A stretch of DNA of 64,000 bases from assembly GCF_018350175.1 (NCBI RefSeq), contig NC_058377.1, positions 108,066,001-108,130,000 on the forward strand, in the 5' to 3' direction. This stretch comes from Felis catus (Eukaryota). The position numbers and the translations under genes were made by a program. Positions 53,667-64,000 of the stretch are shown one piece after another (position 1 is the first letter of the stretch; each line of letters starts with the position of its first letter). The notes under the pieces are model-generated. The model did no database searches. It was not told where the DNA came from and saw only the letters and a program-made list of their open reading frames with translations.

Positions 53667-54517
53667 TGTAATAAAAATATGTATATATATTTGGTCTTAG
53701 TCCCTGGTTCCCAGTACAGAGTTACTAAAACCCTTACAATGTTCTGAGTCATAGGAGTGACTTCTGTTATTCACGGTGAGCCCCTTTGGGCCACACCTGA
53801 ATTTGTGTTAATGAGGCAACTCAGGGTGGGGCCCCCACTTATCTTCAGAGTGGGGGCTGGTCATCCGAAAGACCAGTCAAGAGTGGGAAATGGAGGAGAG
53901 GAGAGGACTGGACATTGGAACATTTCTGGGTTGATGAACAGAGACTGTACGGGGGGGGAGGGGGGGCATGGGGGGTGGGGAGGTGCCGCCTAGAAAGGCC
54001 AAGGAAGCTCTTTCCCCCTCTCCACCATACCTTGCCCTACACACCTCTTCTATCTGGCTGCTTCAGGGTTGTATCCTTTATTTTTTTTAATTTTCTGATG
54101 TTTATTTTAGTTTTGAGAGAGACAGACAGACACAGCGTGAGCGGGGGAGGGACAGAGAAAGAGGGAGACAGAATCCGAAGCAGGTTTCCAGGCTCTGAGT
54201 TGTCAGCACAGAGCCTGATGCGGGGCTCGAACCCACAAGCTGTGAGATCATGACCTGAGCTGAAGCCGGATGCTTAACTGACTGAGCCACCCAGGCACCC
54301 CTAGAGTTGTATCCTTTAAACAACTCGTACACAAAGCACTTTCTTGAGGTCTGTGAGTCTTCTACCAAATCAGGAAAGCTGAGGAGGGGGTGGTGGGCAC
54401 CCCAGATTTGTAGTAAGCCAGACAGGTGTGTGGGTCACCTGGGCATCCCATTTGTGGCTGGCATCTTGTGGGTCTGAGCCCTTAACCTACAGGATCTGTA
54501 CTAACTGGGAATTTATG
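53667..54517 (+). mobile_element. MER21-family LTR with inserted SINE (54080-54301), running into a gap; strand nominal
   Basis: TGTAATAAAAATATG...TATTTGGTC...CCTGGTTCC...CAGAG..CTAAAACCCTT...GAGCCCCTTT..CCACACCTGA..TAATGAGG resembles the MER21 consensus as remembered. Confidence 0.7.
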
Positions 54518-57500
54518 NNNNNNNNNNNNNNNNNNNNNNNNNNNNNNNNNNNNNNNNNNNNNNNNNNNNNNNNNNNNNNNNNNNNNNNNNNNNNNNNNNN
54601 NNNNNNNNNNNNNNNNNNNNNNNNNNNNNNNNNNNNNNNNNNNNNNNNNNNNNNNNNNNNNNNNNNNNNNNNNNNNNNNNNNNNNNNNNNNNNNNNNNNN
54701 NNNNNNNTTTAAAAACTCAAAGGGAAGAATTCCATGCATCCTGGTGTGTGCTTATCCACATATTTTGAAGACAGTTCCTTATCCGTGTTCCTTTTGACAG
54801 CTCTATAGTATTCCTCTTCATGGATGGACCAAAATGTAACTTGTTCCTTATTAATTGACATTTAAGTTATTTCCAGAGTTCTATTCCCAACAGTACTACA
54901 GAGTCACTAAGACTGGGTAAGGATATCATTATTCAAAAGTGAAAAGATATCTGTACTCTGGATTCCTAGAATTGCTCGAAGGCTACATCAAAATAGTCAT
55001 TACAATTTTTGCCAGAGGTCCCTCTATAGAGGCTGTTACCCATATCGATCCCCACTTCCAGCAATACATGTGAACGCTCTTTTCCAGAATATTCACGGGT
55101 CAGTAACCTACCAGATCTTTTTATCTTTGGGAAATGACCTCTTGGTGAAGTTCAAATTTGCATTTATTTTTCTTTTGAGTGAATTCAGAGTCATACCTTT
55201 AAGAACTGTTTATCTCCTGGGGCGCCTGGGTGGCTCAGTCGGTTAAGCGGCTGACTTCAGCTCGGGTCATGATCTCACAGTTCGTGAGTTCAAGCCCCGT
55301 GTCGGGCTCTGTGCTGATGTCTTGGAGCCTGGATCCTGCTTCGGATTCTGTGTCTCCCTCTCTCTCTGCCCTCACCCACCCCTGCCCTGCTTGTGCTCTC
55401 TGCCTGTCTCTTTCTCAAAAATAAATAAACATTAAAAAAAATGTTTTTAATTAAAAAATAAAAATTTAAAAATCTTAAAAAAAAAAGAGCGATTTGTCTT
55501 TTTTTCTGTGAACTACCCTGTTCTTTGCCCATTTCTCCTGTTTTCGGTTTCTGATTGACATAAAAGGGTTTGCAGGAAAAATAGCCCTTCAAGATGTAAA
55601 TTGTAAGTATTTTCTTCAGTTCATTACTGACTTTGCTGTGCAGATTTTTTAAGGTAGTAAAATAAGTTTTTGGGGGCTTTTGGGGTTTGTGTCATAGTTG
55701 AAAAGACCTTTTCCACACTGACATGACTAAAGAATCTTCTCCTTTAGCTCTTGGCTACATTTTGGTTTTCATTTTTTCCTTTTAAATCTTGGGTTCATCT
55801 GGAATTTATCATATACAAAATTCCTTCCTATATTCCTAATGCCTTTTATTAAAAAACTCAACTTGCTCAACAGATTTGAAATGTTACTTTTATTTTTTTT
55901 TTTTAATTTTTTTTTTCAACGTTTATTTATTTTTGGGACAGAGAGAGACAGAGCATGAACGGGGGAGGGGCAGAGAGAGAGGGAGACACAGAATCGGAAA
56001 CAGGCTCCAGGCTCTGAGCCATCAGCCCAGAGCCCGATGCGGGGCTCGAACTCCCGGACCGCGAGATCGTGACCTGGCTGAAGTCGGACGCTTAACCGAC
56101 TGCGCCACCCAGGCGCCCCAAAATGTTACTTTTATTATATACTAAATTCCTGTGTGCATTTGGATCTATTTCTAGATTTTTCTATCTTCCAATGATCTAT
56201 GCGTGTCAATACCCCTCTTTAATTATTACATTAAATTATGGATTTGTTGTTTTTTAATATCTGGCAGAGTTAGTCTCCCCTGATTTTTCTTTGTTTTCGG
56301 AAATCTCCTGGTTATTCTTATTTAATTTCCCTATGAACTTTATTTTTTTTAAGGTTTTTAAATTTATTTTTGAGGTGGGGAGGGGCAGAGAGAGAGGGAG
56401 AGAGAGAATCCCGAGCAGGCTCTGTGCCAGCAGCGCAAAGCCCAACGCAGGGCTCGAACCCGCGAACTAGGAGATCATGACCTGAGCCGAAATCAAGAGT
56501 CTGAGGCTGAACCTGCTGAGCCACCTAGGTGCCCCTCCCTGTGACCTTCAAATCAGCTAACCCTAACCACGTCCCAATCAGAATATTAATTGTGATAAAT
56601 CTGTGGATGACTTTAAGGAGAACTGACGTCTTTGTGAAGTATCTTAGTATCCAGAATAAAGCGTCTGTCCCCTGACTTCTGCTTTCAGATGGCACCAGTG
56701 GCCAGTGGCTCCCCAATTTGTACTTCTGAGAGCTGTTCCCTCCTCAAGCATCTCTGCTTGGAGGGATTATTCCCAAAGGTCTTCCACTGTCTCCCCAGCT
56801 TGGTGAGTCCCCCTGCCTCATTAATCCACTTAAGTGGTCAAGCCACATCAAGGGTTCAGTGTTATCTTTGATCCCTCCCGGTGTTCCAAGAGCCAGATCT
56901 AATCAGTAATTAGGTCCTATTGGTGTGTGTGTGTTTTTAAGACTAATTTTTTTTTAAGATTTTTATTTTCTGAGTAATCTCTACACCCAACGTGGGGTTC
57001 AAACTTACAACCCCAAGGTCAAGAGTCACATCCTCTACCAACTGAGCCAGCCAGGCACTCCAAGTCCTGGTGGTGTTTTTAACAGCTTATTGAGGTCTAG
57101 TTGACGTACAATAAACCACGTATACTGAAAATGTACATTTTGTTTTGACATGTATACACCCATATTACCATAATCGAGATAGTGAACATAACCATGACCC
57201 CAAAAAGTTTCCTCGAACCCCTTGTCCATCCTTCCCTCGCACCCTTTCCTACCTGCCGGCCCCCACTCTCGCCTCCAGGTAACCACTGATCTGCTTTCTG
57301 GCACTCAATTGGCATCCTTTCTCTGGAATTTTCATATAAGTGGAATTACACAGGATGAACTGCCTGGCTTCTTACATTTGTTGTAATTCTGAGATTCACC
57401 TCTTGTTCGTCTTTACTGCTGGGTAGTATCCTGTTGTACATGCATACCACAATTTGCTTATGCATTCACAATGTGTGGATGAACATTTGATTGGTTCTAG

Positions 57501-57533
57501 TTTGGGCTGCCACAATTACAATTTCTGTGAATA

Positions 57534-58137
57534 GCTTTCAGCTCTCTTGCTCTGAGGAGGCCCCAGGGCAACTTTCGTCGCCAGTCCCGAAATCACCCGG
57601 CACTAGCCACCTCCACCACGCCGCTTACATTCGAGCCCCAGGAGATCAAAACTGTATACCTAAAGTGCACTGGCAGGGAGGCCGGTGCCGTGTCTGCCTG
57701 GGCCCCCAAGATGGGCCCCTTAGGGTCTGTCCCTCAAGAAGATTGGTAACGACGTCGCCAAAAGAAACTGGTGTCGGCAAGGGCTGGGGATGACAGTGAA
57801 CAGATAGGACGCCATACGGGCGGTGCCTTCTGCCTCTGCCCTGATCATCAAACCCCTCAAGAAACCACCCAGAGACAGAAGCAGGAAAACATGAAGCACG
57901 GTGGGAACATCACTTTGGATAATATTGTCAAGTTACTGGACAGATACCGCACCCACCTTTAACTAGAGCACTTGGAACCCACTAAAGAGATCATGGGGAT
58001 TGCCCCGTCTGTGGGATGCAGTGCGGATGGCTGTCACCCTCACGACACCATAGATGTCAGCAGTGGTGCAGTGGGATGCCCAGCTACAAAGGAAAAGATC
58101 TCAAGGAAAGATCGTTTGATGACCGTCCCTACCAAAG
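57534..58137 (+). pseudogene. RPL12: Processed pseudogene of ribosomal protein L12 (RPL12/uL11), near full-length, decayed
   Basis: Intronless. 5'UTR-like gaggaggcc...gccacctccacc, start mutated to ACG (57618), then remnants [79 protein letters not shown], then a 3'UTR-like acaaaggaaaagat. Multiple frameshifts; TSD-like CTGTGAATA / CTATGAATA. Confidence 0.9.
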
Positions 58138-59549
58138 CTATGAATATTCATACACAAGTCTTTGGACATGCGCTTTTATTTCTCTTGGGTAAAAGCCTAA
58201 GAGTGGAATAATGGGTCATATATGGTAGGTGTATGTTTTAACTTTTTTCTTTTTTTTAAGATAGACTATTTTTTAGAGCAGTTTTTGGTTTACAGAAAAA
58301 CGGCTCCTTAAATACCGAGAATTGGGCACATACCCCCCTCTTTCTCCCTTACATTGTTTCTCTTGTTGTTAATATCCTACATTTGTGTGGTATAATGTCA
58401 TGTAACTATCATTGTAGTATCATACAGAAGTTTCAGGCCCTCAAGATGCCCCCAGTTTCATCTATTATCCCTCCCCACCTCCACCAAACTCTTGGCAACC
58501 ACTGATCTTTTTTCTTTTAATTTTTTTTTTAACATTTATTTATTTTTGAGACAGAGAGAGACACAGCATGAACGGGGGAGGGGCAGAGAGAGAGGGAGAC
58601 ACAGAATCGGAAGCAGGCTCCAGGCTCTGAGCCATCAGCCCAGAGCCCGACGTGGGGCTCGAACGCTTAACCGACTGAGCCACCCAGGCGCCCCACTGAT
58701 CTTTTTTTAACTATCTCTAGTTTTGTCTTTTACAGACTGTTACATAGTTGGAATCCTACACTACATAGTTTTTTAATGGCTTCTTTTTTTTACAAGTTTA
58801 TTTATTTTTTGGGGGAGGGCAGAGAGAGAAGGAGAGAGGGAATCCCAAGCAGGCTCTGCCCTGTCAGCACAGAGCCCCATGTGGGGCTCAGACTCAGGAA
58901 CCCATGAGATTAAGAGTCAGACGCTCAGCTGACTAAGCCACCCTGATGCCCTGTTCTTTTACTGAGCAATAGGCATTTCTTTAAAGTTTATTTATTCCTT
59001 TTGAGAGAGGGGGAGGGGGGGAGAGAGAGAGAGATGGAAGCAGGTGCATTTGAATGGGGGAGGGACAGAGAGAGAGAGAGAGAGGGAGAGAGAGAGAGAA
59101 TATCCTCATCATCTGTGCTGTCAGCGCAGAGCCCCAGGTGGGCCTCCTTCCCCCCAACTGTGAGATCATGACCTGAGCAGAGATCAGGGTTGGAGGAGGC
59201 AAGAGAGGAAACGGCGCGTGCAGATTAAAACAAAACAACAAAACAAAACACACCAGGGGGCCGGTGGCTGGAACTAGGGAATGAATCGTAGGTTCAGGAG
59301 AGAAGTAGACGGATCTGATAACTATTTAGGATACATCATATCAAAGTCTAAATCAGCCCGGATTATACACCTAAATATAAACCCTAAAACTATAGATAAG
59401 CCTAGTGTTGCTTGAGCAGAGCGTTAGGGCCGGGCTAGGTGAACCATGGGCGCTTCCATTACACTCCACTTGGGGTGGAAGACTGCTCAGATCTGTACAA
59501 AAGAAGGAGGCTGCAAGGGAGTGGGACGGAGGGGGCAAGAGAGGTCAGT

Positions 59550-63957
<4,408 letters not shown>

Positions 63958-64000
63958 TGAGTGGGGGCCCGGGGCAGGGCTCCAGGCACCCTTGGGGTCT

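Larger units (their letters stand above)
14159..59190. mobile_element. Dense field of >50 tRNA-derived Can-SINEs (SINEC_Fc types) on both strands, e.g. 14159-14390+, 17665-17885+, 18302-18513+, 22038-22472+ (dimer), 23091-23318+, 29330-29793- (two), 30832-31045+, 32953-33388- (two), 35673-35878+, 42735-42950-, 46793-47007+, 48492-48715+, 50805-51022-, 55219-55487+, 58510-58694-
   Basis: Repeated GGGGCGCCTGGGTGGCTCAGTCGGTTAAGCGTCCGACT head with A/B boxes, (CT)n body and AATAAA/poly(A) tail; many have TSDs. Boundaries approximate. Confidence 0.95.

Noticed and set aside
14733-54739. ORFs containing runs of X
   Set aside because: Artefacts of N gaps; the flanks are L1/LTR sequence.
14159-59253. 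Dozens of similar short ORFs ([13 protein letters not shown]..., [16 protein letters not shown]...) resembling a repeated gene family or array
   Set aside because: They are translations of dispersed Can-SINE copies, not genes and not a CRISPR-like array (no regular repeat-spacer period; eukaryotic DNA).

Overview
This is felid (cat-family) genomic DNA, identified from dense SINEC_Fc-type Can-SINEs and carnivore L1s. The gene order matches human 11q13.1. In order: 5' part of FAU (- strand, continues past the left edge), MRPL49 (+, complete, 166 aa) sharing a ~200-bp bidirectional promoter with FAU, and SYVN1/HRD1 (-, complete, 16 exons, 611 aa), whose predicted 3' end overlaps that of MRPL49. 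Next come ~36 kb of almost pure transposon debris (>50 SINEs, L1 pieces, MaLR/ERV LTRs), SPDYC (+, complete, 278 aa), a decayed RPL12 retropseudogene, and the CpG-island promoter plus first four coding exons of CAPN1 (+, continues past the right edge). Five N gaps occur in the window. All exon structures were derived by hand from GT-AG sites and frame continuity; comparisons to human sequences are from memory and should be verified. I found no convincing new multi-gene system. The most interesting signals are small: (1) an SPDYC 5' leader with three two-codon uORFs and clustered U1-like sites, where the human N-terminal extension is non-coding; (2) a structured, mirtron-like SYVN1 intron 13 and an in-frame double intron-retention path; (3) adjacent perfect ERSE and UPRE-II elements; (4) overlapping MRPL49/SYVN1 3' ends; (5) nested young TE insertions, including a CpG-rich solo LTR inside a SINE and a probable non-classical L1 insertion.
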